The translations under genes were made by a program, and so were the position numbers. Under the pieces are notes generated by a model. It saw only the letters and a list, made by a program, of their open reading frames with translations. It searched no databases and was not told the origin of the DNA. 64,000 nt of DNA from NCBI GenBank assembly GCA_964252035.1, contig OZ176200.1. The stretch is one strand, 5' to 3'. Shown here piece by piece: positions 12,697-27,400 of the stretch. Every line of letters begins with the position of its first letter. Position 1 is the stretch's first letter. This DNA comes from Podarcis erhardii. Taxonomy: Eukaryota.

Positions 12697-13333
12697 ACTC
12701 TCCCTTCTGCTTGGTTGCCTGCCTCTCAAATGAAGGTCGACTTGCTTCTGGGTGCATCACTTAATATATACCACCTCAAGCCTAGCTTCCGTTAGGTTGA
12801 TCGCTGCAATGTATTTTACTTTGGGCTGCCATTCATGACTATCCAGAAGCTCCATTCAGTGTGAGACACAGTGATCCATCTCCTGTCACAGGGAGCATTT
12901 TAAACCACTGCTCCAGCATTGACAATGGCTTCCTGTGATCCTCTGGGCACAATCTGGGGTGCTAGTTTTAACCTGTAAAGTTCTAAATGACTTGGGGCTA
13001 ACATACCTAAAGGTTGCACAACATTTATGGAACTCTGTCTTATTGTAAAGTCAGTGAAACCAAAGCTTGAACAGTTGTTTGGAAGCATTGTAAAGCCTTT
13101 TTGAATGAGGTAGCTTGGGGAGGCATGATTTAAGCTGGTAAAGCAAGGATGGGAAATCTGCAGCCCTCCAGAAGACTCCAACACCCATCATTACTAACCA
13201 TTGGGTATGGGAGTCAGAGTTGGGAATCCAACAACATGTGGTAGAGAGTTTGGATTTTTAACATTATTATTTTTTTACACTTCAGTTGGTGTTCTAGTTT
13301 GGGATGGGGTAGGTTATATATATTGATTGCTTA

Positions 13334-13339
13334 AATAAA
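13334..13339 (+). terminator. Probable poly(A) signal of the uncharacterised plus-strand gene
   Basis: AATAAA about 640 nt after the stop codon, followed by GU-rich tgtctctcttgttggtg. Confidence 0.5.
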
Positions 13340-13665
13340 ACAATTTGGCATGATGTCTCTCTTGTTGGTGAAAACTGTTCAGGTAGATCCGTTGTTGTCC
13401 CTGGAATGTCCATAGCCTGCAAAGAACACCCTTCCCAAACCCATCCTCTAGTCTAGCATCTAGTAGCAGCGGCTTTAATTCCAGTTCTAGTAATAGCTAC
13501 AGTTGTGCAAGGTAGGATGTAAGTGAGAATTGCTAGCTTCTGTAGGGGTTTGGATAGCTCTTGCTTGCACAGCACAAGACCTTGTTCCACTATAGTGTAG
13601 TAGGGGAGCTGTGGTTCATTCAGTTGTGGTCACCAACCTTTTTTTTTTTGCTGAGATGCTGCTTT

Positions 13666-13667
<2 letters not shown>

Positions 13668-13699
<32 letters not shown>
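13668..13699. repeat. (AC)16 microsatellite
   Basis: Read directly from the sequence. Confidence 0.95.
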
Positions 13700-13703
<4 letters not shown>

Positions 13704-14478
13704 ACACACTGTTAGTAGCTAGACATGGAGTATTCCTTGTTCACTTGTTCGGGTTTCCATACGCTCGGCGCATGCAGCTGTTTTTAAAGCAGAACTGGAA
13801 CTTGGTGACAAGTCAGTATTTCCCCAGGGACAGAGTATCAGCCACCAAGAAGTTTTCCGATAAAGTAAAGGGAAGCAAAACAGGAACCAGAATCTGGATG
13901 GGGAAGCTGACCAAATTCCAAATGAGAACCAGTTTGTGGTGGTGATGAAATCAATCATGACTTGAAGTCATGATAGTCAGTGGACTGCATGATGGGGGGA
14001 AATAGGGACACATGTTGCTGATGAGTTCAGCCACCGCTGGCTACTCAAGTTTATAACCTGGGGTGCTCCTGCAGCTACTGCTGCATCTTGAACTCTAAGA
14101 GTGTGGTGGCGGCCAGAAGTACTTTTTACTACCCTGAGAAGGCTATCACCCTTTCTGTTGCAATTAGACCTTGCCATTACTGTTCAATCAATGAAAGTTC
14201 TGATGCGCAGTAGCTGAGAATTTGACCAGAGAAAACCCTGGTTCAAATCCCATCCAAGTATGTAGCTTCAGGCAAGTCCAGGGATGGGGAACAAGTGGCT
14301 GGCTCTCCAGATGTTGTTGGACTCCAAATCTCATTAACCCCAGCCAGCGTGGCCAGTGGTTAAGTATAGTGGAAGTTGTAGTTGTAGAAGGCCACAGGTT
14401 CCTCATTAGTGCTCTGGAGAGCCACAGCTTCCCTATAGCTTCCAGTCTATACTATGGAGGTGGTATTATTGGCATCTT

Positions 14479-14815
14479 AAGGTAAAGGCAAAAGTACCCC
14501 TGACCATTAGGTCCAGTCGCGGACGACTCTGGGGTGGCGCGCTCATCTTGCTCTATAGGCCGAGGGAGCCGGCGTTTGTACGCAGACAGCTTCTGCATCA
14601 TGTGGCCAGCATGACTAAGCCGCTTCTGGCGAACCAGAGCAGCGCATGGAAACGCTGTTTACCTTCCCGCTGGAGCGGTACCTATTTATCTACTTGCATT
14701 TGATGTGCTTTCGAACTGCTAGGTGGGCAGGAGCTGGGACCGAACAACGGGAGCTCATCCCCTCGCAGGGAATCAGCAAGCCCTAGGCTCTGTGGTTTAG
14801 ACCACAGCGCCACCC
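14479..14815 (+). mobile_element. Sauria SINE (near full length)
   Basis: Begins aaggtaaagg...cccctgaccattaggtccagtc and ends ttagaccacagcgccacc. Confidence 0.88.
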
Positions 14816-14931
14816 TATTGACATCTTACAAGGCTGTTAAAAGGCATAACAATGTAATGTATGGGAAAGGCTTTGATCACTTGAAAAGCACTATATACAT
14901 GCAAAGTGGTGTTATAACTTCAAAACAAATA

Positions 14932-15173
14932 CAGTCGTACCTCGGAAGTCGAACAGAATCTGTTCCAGAAGTCCATTTGACTTCTGAAACGTTTGACTTC
15001 CAAAGCATGGCTTCTGATTGGCTGCAGGAAGCTCCTGCAGCCAATCGGAAGCCCCGTCAGACGTTCAGCTTCCCAAAGAATGCTCGAAAACTGGGACACT
15101 CACTTCCAGTTTTCGATTGTTTGGGAACCGGAACGTTCGACTCCCAAGGCGTTCGGGAGCCGAGGTAAAATTG
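14932..15173. mobile_element. Tc1/mariner-type MITE, family C
   Basis: TA flanks; TIR CAGTCGTACCTCGG with a degenerate right end; interior similar to the 5671 copy. Confidence 0.8.
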
Positions 15174-16086
15174 TATGTTATTAAATTTGCCCTTGATGAT
15201 AGCCTGAGAGCTGTTTGACCAGTCTCTGCCACCAAGAGCATCTGAGAAAGCCCTGATTTTCACCAGAATTCATTCCTTCTGAGAAGGGAACAGAGAAGGG
15301 CCATTCATAGCACAGCCCAGGTGTTTGGAGGGAAATTGCCTACAGAATGTTATTCCTGCAGGCATTCATGAAGGCTGCGAAAAACTACTTGTTTAGAGTG
15401 GAACTGCACTTTACAACCATATTTAACAAAGCTAGGGTGGCTACTTCTGTTAGGGAAAAGCAGCTTTGAGAAAGGATGATTTGGAGTGGAGAGGAGGGGC
15501 TCTTTACCCTTCCCTTGCCCACTTCTTTTCTGCTGGACCTCCTGCCTTCACATTACTCCACAAACACACTTGCAGGGTTCCAGATGTGTGCTTCCCCTCT
15601 CTTTCCTTACAAGCAGCCTGTTTTGCTTTGTTACATGCATCTCTATGCAATGTAAAGGGGGGAAATCCAGCTTTAAATGTGCAATTTAAGTGGAGGGATG
15701 ATTTGATGTTAGTTTTTGCCTCAATAGTGAGACCTTTTTGCTTTGATAGTGAGACCCTGAAGAGACACTGTCAGCCAGACATCAATTTGTTAATATGCTG
15801 GACGGAGGCTTCAGAAACATGAGAGATTCCAGCAACAGGGATGTGTGCTCAGGGATGTGCATTTTCTAGAAACAGACCTAGTTAGCAAGCTATGCCTCCA
15901 CACGGCCTTATTGCTGGAATCTCTCATGTTGCCTTACGTTAAGAATACATGTATCCATGTCATGCTAGGAAGGGCCTACCATACTCCAGTTTGTTCCTAT
16001 GATCCTACTTGAGTGGCTATTCCTTCCTGAGTTGTCTGTTTCTGGTACGCAGAACAAGAACCCAGGCACAATGCTCCAGTGAAGGG

Positions 16087-16092
16087 TTTATT
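16087..16092 (-). terminator. Probable SLC4A3 polyadenylation signal (AATAAA); implies a 3' UTR of about 2.3 kb
   Basis: First AATAAA I found downstream of the stop codon, followed by the GU/U-rich element tgtgcctgggttcttgttctg. Confidence 0.6.
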
Positions 16093-18388
16093 GGTGCATA
16101 TCCATTTCTATTACATTCAGAGGAGTCGTAATGCACAGGCAGAGTACCAGGGACTTTGCCCCCAACAGTTCAAGTTTCCTAATCCTGGCTATGCAGGGCA
16201 CAATGGAGGTCACTGTCTATGGGTGGGGCAGGCTGGCAGCCAGCTGGGAATGAGTAGAGGAAAACATTTGGCCTCATAACTACCCAGCCATCAGCAGGCA
16301 GCCCCTGAGGTAGGTGGGGAGGGACAGCCTCCATTTTATAGACAGGGAACAAGCAATGGCCCGGAGTAGTTCCATGAGCCAAACTCTTAATCCACATAGT
16401 TTTATGCCTGACTACGGCAGGAGTCACAGCTGGCACATTTGCACACCCCATTATTCCATATACGTAATCTAACAGAACAGATTTAGCTACAGGACATCAC
16501 AGTGTAGAGTCCCCATGTGATGGCCCAGTGGGAGAGCAGCTCTTCGAAACCTTGCACTGATGGTGTTTGTGCATGTGCTCAACCGCATGGAACACACCAC
16601 CTGTGCAGTGCCCAGGACTAGATACATGACATTCACCAATGAAGTACGAGGGAGCACAGTATTCTGTTTCTAAAAATCAGATTCAGTGACTGAAACAAAT
16701 GTATATTTCTGTGAAATTTAGTCCTATCACAAAAATCTGAATTTTCTTTATATGGCAGTTGAAGGGATATATGAAAATAGCAGGGTTTAAGAGTACAAGA
16801 AGGCGGCTGATGGTGGTGTTGGGGGAGTGGTTGTGAAGGACTGAGGAGGAGCTAGGAATGGGAGGCCATCAACTTGGAAATGTCAAGGGATGAATGAAGA
16901 GAATCCCCAAGTGCTACAGAGGGCTCATACAGTGCAATGGCTCAATGCCACATTGGCAGAGTACTTCAGCCCTCCTCAGAGCCATCCCCATTCCAGTTGC
17001 CAAGGCCAGGCTAGGGGGTGGCCTCCTGGAGACTTGGATCTGGGAGTGAATCTTGCTCAAGCTGGGGCCACTACAAGGCAAGAACAAGGTGAGAAATGCT
17101 ATAGCCGTGCGGAGGATAGAGAATAGAGCAGGAGCTGTGAGGAAGAGGCTACAGCAAGAAACAAAATGAAGCTGGAAATACTGAAGGAGGAGTTGTAGTC
17201 TGAAGCACAAAGTCTAGTACAATAGGTAAGAGGTTCTGTTATGTGATCAGGCCAAGGTGACCACCAAAGGCTTGACCAAAGGCCAAGGTGCCAGTGTTTG
17301 TATCTGGTGTGGCTTTTTGCAGCTTGCCTACTACACTGATGTTGGGAGTTCCTGTTTTCCACTGGGCCTGAAGAGGGCAGTGAGCCACAAGAGTGGTGTC
17401 AAATCTGTGTGATGATTTCCTGACCGTGAGATGATCATAGTCTTCATTCAATCATTAGGTTAGCTGTTTCCTGGTCTCCAGGTTTTGTTGGCAAGTTTTA
17501 CCTGCACTTCCTTTTCCTGTCTGAGGGGTGGAGATCTACTTCACAAATCACTGTCTACTCTTTGGGCAACCTTTACAGCTGTCCTGAGAGATGGTGAGAA
17601 CAGGCACAGCACTGTGCACAAGCAGACGCATGTGCACATGGATATTGCACAAGTACCTGCATTATACTTGAGAGCAAATCGGTGCATAAGGCCCTTGCTA
17701 ACTCACCCAGCAGTTTACTGGCTTTAGCAATCATCACTGCCATTCCTCAAATGGAAGAGGTTGAGAGTCTTTTGTGGGCAGGAAATCTTAGCTAAGGACA
17801 TCATTCAGAATGGCAGGTGGACCACAGGCTGTTGAATGTTCATGGGCACAGTCATGGGACTGAATGGCAATGGTTCAGCATGGAGAGACCAGTTGGTGCA
17901 TGTGAAATCTCCCACTCCAGGAATCTGTTGGCTCTGCCTGAATGCTATCAGGCTTGGCATTTCTGGCAGGACCTAGCTGCTCTTTTCCTTTGCTGGCCTG
18001 CTGCTTTTCTCCCCTTAGCAAAACAGTGCAGTCTACTTCTCTTCTTAGGGGAGGAGGCTAATGAGAGCTGGCTAAGGTACCTACTCTGGCCTACACATGG
18101 CACAGCACCAACACCAGCAAGCTCTGCTTGGGGGAAATGGGGGGTGGTGGTGCTGGCCCCATACTCTCTGTCTGTCCAGAAGGCAGCATCTCTTGCGCTG
18201 CTTGGCCCAAGCTTCCTTTGTGGCCTGGAGCTTACTTGAAGGGCTATGACACAGCTGCCAGTTGGTCCAGGCCCACAATCATTTCAAAGCCACTTCAGGT
18301 TGGTGGTTGTTCAAGGAAAGCACAAGGAAAGAAGGCTTATCCCATGAAGCCTAGGGAGTACCAGGGCCAGTAGACACATGCCAACTTC

Positions 18389-18466
18389 TCACACAGGCAT
18401 GTGAAGCTCATTGTACTCATCCTGCCCATCTTCATCAAAGTTTGGTTCTGCATCCTCGGAATCCAG
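18389..18466 (-). CDS. SLC4A3: SLC4A3 exon 23, coding part ([25 protein letters not shown])
   Basis: Acceptor cttgcag|CTG; TGA at 18391-18389; matches the human AE3 C-terminal 25-mer as I recall it. Confidence 0.96.
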   Translation of the reverse strand: MDSEDAEPNFDEDGQDEYNELHMPV

Positions 18467-21400
18467 CTGCAAGCAGGAGGAAAGGACAGAAGAAAGGAGT
18501 TAAGCAGCCATTCAAATACAAGGTGGTACAAGGCCATCTCTTTTTCAGAGCAGAGACCTCAGAGCACAATGATTCTACAGGCAGGTTTGGGTGGTCTCTG
18601 GGAAAATTCACAATGCACGCCCCCCAAACTGGTTCTCCAATACAGTACTGCAGGACAGTAAAGAAGGTGACAACAGAGTCTCTTGCTCTCCAGCTTCAAA
18701 CATTATATCACGATGCCAAGTTTTTTAGTTATGATATTGACCATTTAACCAAATCTGATGCATACCACTTGGCTGAATAAGGACTGGGACTCCCATAACA
18801 GTTTAAGACATCAGGCAATGGTGTTTGCTTACCGCTTTGAGTTCTCTCTCATGGAAGAATCGTGGCAGCAGGAATCGTCGCAGGGGGACTGTCATGATCA
18901 GGACAAATGGGAAAGCCAGCGATGCCACAGTGGATTTCACCACCCACAGCAGCACAATGCAGGCTAGCTGGATGCATGTGAACAGGTTCATTCTCCAGGT
19001 CTTCACCTAAAGGTAAGCCAGCCAGATGATGCACCCTTCTTTGGGCAGCTCTATTTTTTAGCACTTGACAAAGTACCAGACCTTCAGTGTAATACTCCAT
19101 TCCCTTCTATGGAAGGGTTATCTCTCATAAAGCTGTGCTGGTACCACTCAGTGAGTGGTTTCCTCCCCATGCCAGTCAAGCCCGCCACTGCATGCCTTTC
19201 CCCTGTCCTTCCCCATCTTTATTTTCAGGCCCATCTCAACTTGCCACCCACTGAACTTGCCACCCCTTTCATCACTCCCCACTCCCCCAGTGCACCTACC
19301 TTGACAACATAGACATGATCAGGGTGGTGCTTGGATGGCATGAAGATAAGGAGGAGCCGCTCATAGAGCTGAATGCCAGTCAGTGACGTCACACCCATAT
19401 ATAGGAAAATCCCAAACAGCACAGCCAATGGAATCTGGCGTAGTACATTCCCCATCACGATGGACAGGCCTGAAGAGCAGGATACAGTGTTGAATTCTCT
19501 TTCTACACACAAGTACACCCATACTTCACGATCAGAACATGGGACAATGCCTGACATTGACAGACATGTACACCCCTGGATATATACTGAATAGGCCCGA
19601 TGCTTTAATATAGAGACACAGAACTATGGTTAGAAAGAACAGGGAGATTTGCAGGCTCACTGTTTTACTGTATGTGTCCACTAGTTTCATGGAGCCATGT
19701 TCCCATAAGCTCCACCCCACCACCACCACAGTGTGCCACAAGTAAAGAGTGTCACTACACCACAGGGGAATGAATGCCGAACAAATTCAGGTTGCTCAAA
19801 TGAGCTAAGATGCACACAACCACCTCAGAGAACAAGCTCCTCTGTGTGGACCTCACCAACAAGGCCAGCGATGAGCACTCCTGTCACACGCTGCTCCTTC
19901 ACTTCCTCAATCTTTGGCTTCTCACCAGGTGCAATGGCCTTGCTCATGACTGTGAGGGCGTTGACGTGGGTGACTGAGCGGACCGTGGCAGCCGTGAGCC
20001 AAGGCAGCCCAAAAAGGGCACAGAGCCCTCCCATTGTACCAATGAGCAGCAAATCAAGGTGGAAGCCCGATCCCTTTATCAACTTCCGCTCCTTCTTGCT
20101 GACAATCAGGCTGCAAAGGAGATAGGAAGGGAGGGGAGCAGAACAAACATGAGTTTCAGTCACCAACGTAACAGATTTTAGCTGTAGCAAGGGGAGCAGT
20201 GGCACACAGTATTTTGAATTTAATATTATTATTTTTTGCAGCAGCTCTTTCTAATTGGGAGAAGAATCAAGGCATGTGGTCAGCAAAGGGAGCATACAAG
20301 ACAAATAATATGCATCCCACTATAGAAAAGACTTCCTGGGAGCTATGGAAACAGTAGTCCCTTATTGTTCAGTGTAGACAGCAAGGACAAATGAAGTTAG
20401 GAGCCTGCTGTCACATCCCCTCAGAAGGGGTCACTCTGCCTATCCCCTTGATTCTGACTTCTCTTCCCACCCAACACCAATTCCAATTATAGCTGCTGCA
20501 ATTATTTAATTTTACTTAGCATTTCTACAGGGTGATAGGTACAGAATGAGCTGGCCCCCAGTGTGGAGGCCTGGCACTTACGTGGTGATCTGGGTTTCCA
20601 TAAAGATAAGGATGAAGACCAGAAGTGCAGGGATGGCAGAAGCAAACATCATCCACATTGGAAACACCTGGTTGCTTCCTAAGGGATGGATGAACCAGCC
20701 ACGCTTGTTGGGGGTTGTGACTGACAGTACTGAGGGAACATTCAGCTTCTGTGGTGACAACATGGAGGAAAAGACATCAGTCTTGTTTTCTGCATGGAAT
20801 AGATATCATAATCAACAAGAACTTTATTACCCACCCTTCACCCGTAGGTCCCAGTTCCATTAGGAATGCCACAGAAAGCTTGGAATGTGCTGTTCTATTT
20901 TGGCATCTATGTCAAAGTCATGTTAATTGGACATGCCTGTACTGGCGTATGGGTGTATGTCTTAATGGGTCTCAGATGCATTCACTGAGCTTGCTCAATT
21001 CCCATAGCTGCTGTAGTACACCTGTGCACTGTCTGCAGTGGGCTCTGCTTCTCTATATGTATATAATGATGGGTTGTGCAGTCACACAGGGGAAATGTGG
21101 CTGGGATGCAGAACATCCACATTGCGTTGTAATACAGCGGTACCTTGGGTTAAGAACTTACATTCGTTCTGGAGGTCCGTTCTTATCCCGAATCTGTTCT
21201 TAACCTGAGGCACCACTTTAGCTAATGGGGCCTCCCACTGCCGCTGTGCCGCCACCGCATGATTTCTGTTCTCATCCTGAAGCAAAGTTCTTAACCCGAG
21301 GTACTATTTCTGGGTTAGCAGAGTCTGTAACCTGAAGCATCTGTAACCCGAGGTACCACTGTATCCCACTTCCCTTGCTCCACTTCTAGTTTAGAACACT

Positions 21401-24400
21401 GATCAGGGATCACAGAAGTTTTCACATGGCAGATTTTGCATCTTTTCTTGGTGGTCCTCAACAAAGACTGATGGTCCTAAACACAGCCCCATTTTGAAGT
21501 TACTGCAGATTAGAAGGAATCCCAGCCTAACATGATAAAACTACCAGTTGTAGATAGCAATTCCAAACTACAGCTTGTATGCACACTAAAGGCATGTATG
21601 CCTCTCTCAGCACAGCCACCGCAGCCAACCTGAACACCCTAGGCCAATATAGCATCTGACACTATTTGGAAGCCTAGCCAGACATGCATTCTGTCCTTAG
21701 GTGACTATACATTCCACAGACAATCCAGCTAGAGGTAACAGGGACACATTCAACAATGTAACTCACGGAATGGCCTGAACTGGATTTGTTTCCTGTTTAG
21801 AAGTCTTGCTTTCATGTGAAATTTACACTGATCGAGAAGACACAGATGCTGGCACCCACATAGACAATGCAAGTCTCAGATTAAAGTCCAAACTCCTTGA
21901 AAAACACATGTCCTCATACCCACTGGGTGGTGAAGAGTTGGAACAGGCAGTACCTACCTGGGTATATGTATCAGTGATAGTATAGTCCACCAGAACCATG
22001 ACAAGGATAGAGATAGGGATTCCAAAATCTCCAATGATTCGTCGGGCCTACAGACCAAGCACAGGAGATGAAAGTAAGCACAGGGCATGCTGGAGATGTT
22101 GCTGGGCGCTGAGCCCAAAAACCCTATCTGGTCTTTCATCCACTGAAGAATTTCTCACCATATGACTCTGCCTGCAAATGCTTTGTGATGAGGTTTGGTA
22201 TAGTAAAATAAAGTTCCTAAAGGTGATGCTAAGATGTCTGACCCTTCTCTCCACCACTACACTGCCAGTCCCTGGCCACCTTATATGTCAGTCATATGGG
22301 GATGCCAGCCAGATTCAAAATGGTATCTTGATAACATTTGGGCATGCCCCAGAGCAGCCTTCCCCAACTTGGTGCCCTCCATATGTTTTGGGCTAGAACT
22401 ACCAACATCATTTACTATTTGCCATGGAGCCCAAGGGTGGTAAGAGTTGGAGTCCAAAACATCTGAAGAGCACTCTGTTGAGGAAAGGTACCCTGTGGAG
22501 TATCCGGCTGAGCCTCTGCATTTCTGTGGTTGAACTTCAGCATCCTGGGGGAAGTAATGTACCTTTGACCTCCGTGGTATTGACTAGAGCCAGGCTCTCT
22601 TCATAAAAAGCTATGCATGGAAGGGGATCAGAACAATATCTCCACCTATTATTGCTCTTAGTACAGGGGAAAAAACCCTGCTTCAGTGAACATGTAGAAT
22701 GGAAAGGCTAGATGTTTGTATGGGGAAATGCCACCACACTTCTTGCTATTTAGGCCTTAGCCTCACCTTTCCTCCTAGGAAACGGCTGTTCTTAAACTTG
22801 CGCATGAAGAAGGCAATGAAGAAGGTTCCCAACATGAGGATGAGGGACAGCAGGGCAGTGTTTGGCTGCATCTGAGCGTCAAGAGCCATGGAATCAGGAG
22901 GCAATGTGCTGTCATTTAGATCTCTTGGAAGATTTGGCGGGTAGAACCTCAGTAGTGGGTGCTCTGTAAATACCTGGGAATATAGTGTCAGAAAAGAGGA
23001 CACTTACAGACAGCCATGAAAGATGAAAGAGTTGTTAATCTTCCTACTAAAGGGTGGTGTGCGAGAAGTCATCAATAACCCACAGTTTGTCTCATAATGC
23101 TGGCACAGAGTTGATACCAGCAGGCCAGCCAGGCAGATCCAGATCCAAAGCTCACCTTGTAAAGTTTGTAGAATGTTTCATAAATAAAGATGAGGGAGAT
23201 AAGGAAGGCAAAGATCTCCTGGGTAAAGGGGGAGATGTATCGCACTAGGAAGCTGCCCTCAGCGGCCACAATGATGAAAATGAAGACAATAAGCCAGAGG
23301 CCAATCCATACTCGGCCTGTCAGATACTCGATGCCCTGGCTCTGGCAGAACTGCCAAAAAAAGAAACAGAGGAGACAGAAATAAGGGAACTGGCTTGAGC
23401 ATGTTTCTCTTCCATTCTTTGCACCTTGGCTCATTTTGAAGAGCAAGTCTGCACAACATGTGGCCTGCTAAACTTTGCAGACTGTTATGTATTTGACAAG
23501 CTCACTGTGTTTGCAGCCCCAGGAGGGCAACACAAATAGAGTTTTAGCGCAACCCCTCTGGGAAGTATGCAAGCCTGCAGTTGAGGCATTATAAACCCCT
23601 CCTGGTTTGATGGAGGGGAGGTGCCAAACAACCCAACAAGAAAAGGAAATCATCAGGCTTCATCCTCTGTTCAGTTACATGGTCATCAGCATCCAGTGTC
23701 TTGCGCTACCAAATCGTTAGCAGGCTATTTTGAGGCACATTTTAGTATTATCCACCATAAACACTGTACTGCATACCCATCACCAAACACTTTTGAAATT
23801 TGTGCTCGAGTCTTGCCCCACCATAATTGCCAAACCCTCTTGAGGTAACTCAGGGATACTCTGTGGGCAAATTCCCATGCAAGCAAAGATCAGAAATGCC
23901 CAAAGCAACAGAAATAGCAGCAGTGTTGGCCAATAACTACTCTTTCAGCCCACCATGACAGATTGAGGCAGTTGGGCCTCCTTGGTTAAAGCAATGCATG
24001 CATCCTGTATCATTAAACTGAGAGCACATGCTCCTACCCTGTGCAGTGGTGCTCTCTGGTATGGGCATAGCATTTCCTCAACAAGGATAACGTAGGCACA
24101 TTGTTTAATAAACCAAATAGCCCTATTCACGGGCTGCAGAAGATTATTGTGATGATTTGAGAGGGTGCAGAAGATGATGGGGATTATTTGAGAGGAGTCA
24201 CCTCTCAGCATGGAGTCAATTCCAGCCTTGAAGTCACTAAATTATGTTATTACCTAAGCAGTGTGGGATCAGCATGTAAGCAGGAAATAAATCCATTTGT
24301 GTACAGCGACTCCCATGTACATGGGAACACAAACCTCTCATTTTTAGGTGATTCCACTGCGGTAGTTAAAACCCCATCCATATAGGTGAAAATAAGTTAA

Positions 24401-27400
24401 CAAAAACAGTTTCCCACACAGTTCTGCCCCCGTGTCATTTGGAATTTTGGTGACACCCTCACCACTCAAGTAATGTGTGAATTAGGCCAGATTTAAGCCT
24501 TATAGTGTCCTATATGGGCACTTCATAAGCAGTGCATAGCAGCTTGCAGTATGTGGGACATCTGCATGTGAAAGTGGCAATGTAGAACCAAGGAAGACAC
24601 CAGTTTACAGATACCTTGTAAAAAGCTTCTTCAAAGACCAGCAGAGGCCCTGAGAAGCCAATGACAAGGAGAGGCTGGGCACTCAGCAGAGAAAAGAGCA
24701 TGCCCAGCACTGAGGTGGAGATGATCAACTCCGAAACGCCCATGAGACCGTCTGTCTTCTCACCTGTAGAGAAAGAGCAATGTCTCTGGGACAAACTGCA
24801 GAGTGGCAGACAGAAACATGTGCCCAGATCCCCCTGGTGGGGGGGCTCACCACAGGAGAAAACTCATAGCCTTTTCTCTCAATTGCCACTGCCAACGAGT
24901 CCCTCCATGCACAGATACGCTACTGTTGGATAATTTTGTGGAACAGTTAGGCCAAGGAACCTCAACATGAGCAAATTCCCTCATATTAAATTCTAACAGA
25001 TAATTTCCATCACAGAATGCATTCCTGTACAGAAATACACCCTTGTTAGAGAGTCCAGCAAGTGATAGGAGATATATTCTAGCTGCAGAGATTTTGAATC
25101 CTCTGCTTATATCAGTTACCTTCTTGGAAGTGTTTGCACTGGTCCCTACCCATAAACATGGGGGGAAAGGAACTGAGTTTTCTGAAGAGTAAGTGTCCTA
25201 GGGAAAATGGTACCCACCCTGTTGGAGCAGGGTAAACTGATGTCTGGATCTACCTCTAATATGAGAGAAAAGTGCAGAATGTAAGTCAATGGATATATGA
25301 CGCTGTTACAGTTATTATTATTTTTATATTATATGACATCTTTTAAAAATCATTTATTTCTTTACATTTATATCCCACCTTTCTTCCATAATGGAACTTA
25401 AGGCAAGATACATAGGATTTGCAAGCAGAGTCCCCCATCCAGGAACTGATCAAAATCAGACCTAGCTTTAGCAATATTGTTGCATCAAGTGCTTAAGAAG
25501 TAATAAATACATTGGTGCCCATGAACACGTATAGAAGAATGGATTGTGGGTAATTGGGCTTAAATAACAAAGGGACAATTCTTCTCACCATTAAAAAATT
25601 CTTTCTCCTAACCCCAGATGGTTAAGGGCTAGTGCCTGTGCACTGTTTTTTGCTTTCAGGGATATGAGCACAATGTCCACATGCAAGCCTTGGCCCCCAG
25701 CATTTTGCTGGGTTACATGAGGCCATTTTGATCTTTACTGATGTTTCTCTGCAGAGATTTGTTGAGACCGTCTCCTGTCCTACACTGGCCTCTGCCCATC
25801 CAATTTAGGACTCTGGGTTGCATGCAAATTAGCAATATTGGGGAGTGACTATTAAGAGTAGTAAAATGCTTTTATTGTTACCATAGAGAACAGGAAAGGA
25901 ACATGCATAGACTGGAAAGCCCCAGAGCCAGGCAAGAGTGCAATGGGACAGAGCCAAACCCATCTGAACATAGCAAGAGCCAACTGAGCCCACCCACTTG
26001 CCCAGCAAGGGCACAGGCACAGATGAACCAATCCCAGCCAGTATAAGCACAGGCAAAAATTAAACTAATGTGCTCAATCTCTTGGGCAGCCTAGCTGAAC
26101 AGGAACCAGCTTGAGCAAGGAACTAGGGTGGGGCAGGGGAGGTGAGGAAGGAAGAGGAGGGTGGACTCATTACCTAGCAGTCCCCCAAAGGTGATGGCGG
26201 GGGAGAGAGCAGCGAAGTAGATGAATAGCACAGCTGCGAGGCACTGGCTGTGCAGGGCATCTTTGAGGTCACTCAGATACTTGGGGTACCTGCGCTTTAT
26301 GTCCCGCACCAAACCACCAAAGACAATGCCAGTGCGCTTCAGAGGGTCATCCTCCTCCTCGCCTTCTTCCTCCTCCTCAGCTTTTACCTCACAGATCTCT
26401 GGAAAGACATGAACAGCATGGTGGGGGGTGAGGGGAAGGGAGAGGGAAGTAGACGCAAGATACCTTCACACCCAGTGCCAGCCGCCAGCATCCCTAGACA
26501 GGGCGGATGCAGGTTCCTCATCCCTGCCTACTCCAACTTTCAGAAAGTGCCCCCTCCCTCAGCATCAACAAAATTGTGCTGTGTCTCTTTAGAGCTGATG
26601 CAGAGGCAAGACATGGACTGTGCTAATCCTTCCTCACCCACCCTACCCAGGCCATGAAGCAGAATGGCAAGGTACAAAAGGCAAGGAGAGAAGAGACCTT
26701 TGGCTTCCTGAACATTCCCTTCTTTGATGGACTTCTTCTGGTCCCGCTCTTTCCTCTTCCTCAGCAGCTCTTTCTGGAAGGTGGCAATTGACTTGAGCAA
26801 ATCCTTCCCCTCCACTTCTGATGGAGGGATGACAATGCTACAGTCAAGGAACTCATTGATGGCATTGAGCAGGTCCTGGCGGTCATCTGCCATGTAAGCA
26901 GCTTCATGGAAATGCTATCAGCCAACAAGGGAAGATGGTCAGTTAGGCAGAGAGCAGCCCATCACTTATCCTCTGTCCTCCAGTATAACATTGCCTGGTG
27001 ATGCTGTCTCAGACCCAAGACGAGCTCATCAATCTACTTTCAAAGCCAATATTATCTCAGTGTCATCAAAGGACCCTGTAACTCTCTTCTCAGTTCAGAC
27101 TGACAGCTGTATTAATTCAGTGTCATGGCAACAGCATATGCTCCACCTATCCCTGTTCATTTGATTCCTGTCCTGGCATATCACCAACACTATTTTGCCT
27201 TCTGGGGGAGATTGTTGGAGTGCCATATATATATATATATGGTAAAGGGACCCCTGACCGTTGGGTCCAGTCGTGGGTGACTCTGGGGTTGCAGCACTCA
27301 TCTCATTTTACTGGCCAAGGAAGCCAGCATACAGCTTCCGGGTCCTGTGGCCAGCATGACCAAGCTGCTTCTGCACGGTGCGCGGAAACGCCGTTTACCT

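Noticed and set aside
17817-18239. 140-aa plus-strand ORF
   Set aside because: Antisense to the SLC4A3 3' UTR, with no coding signature.
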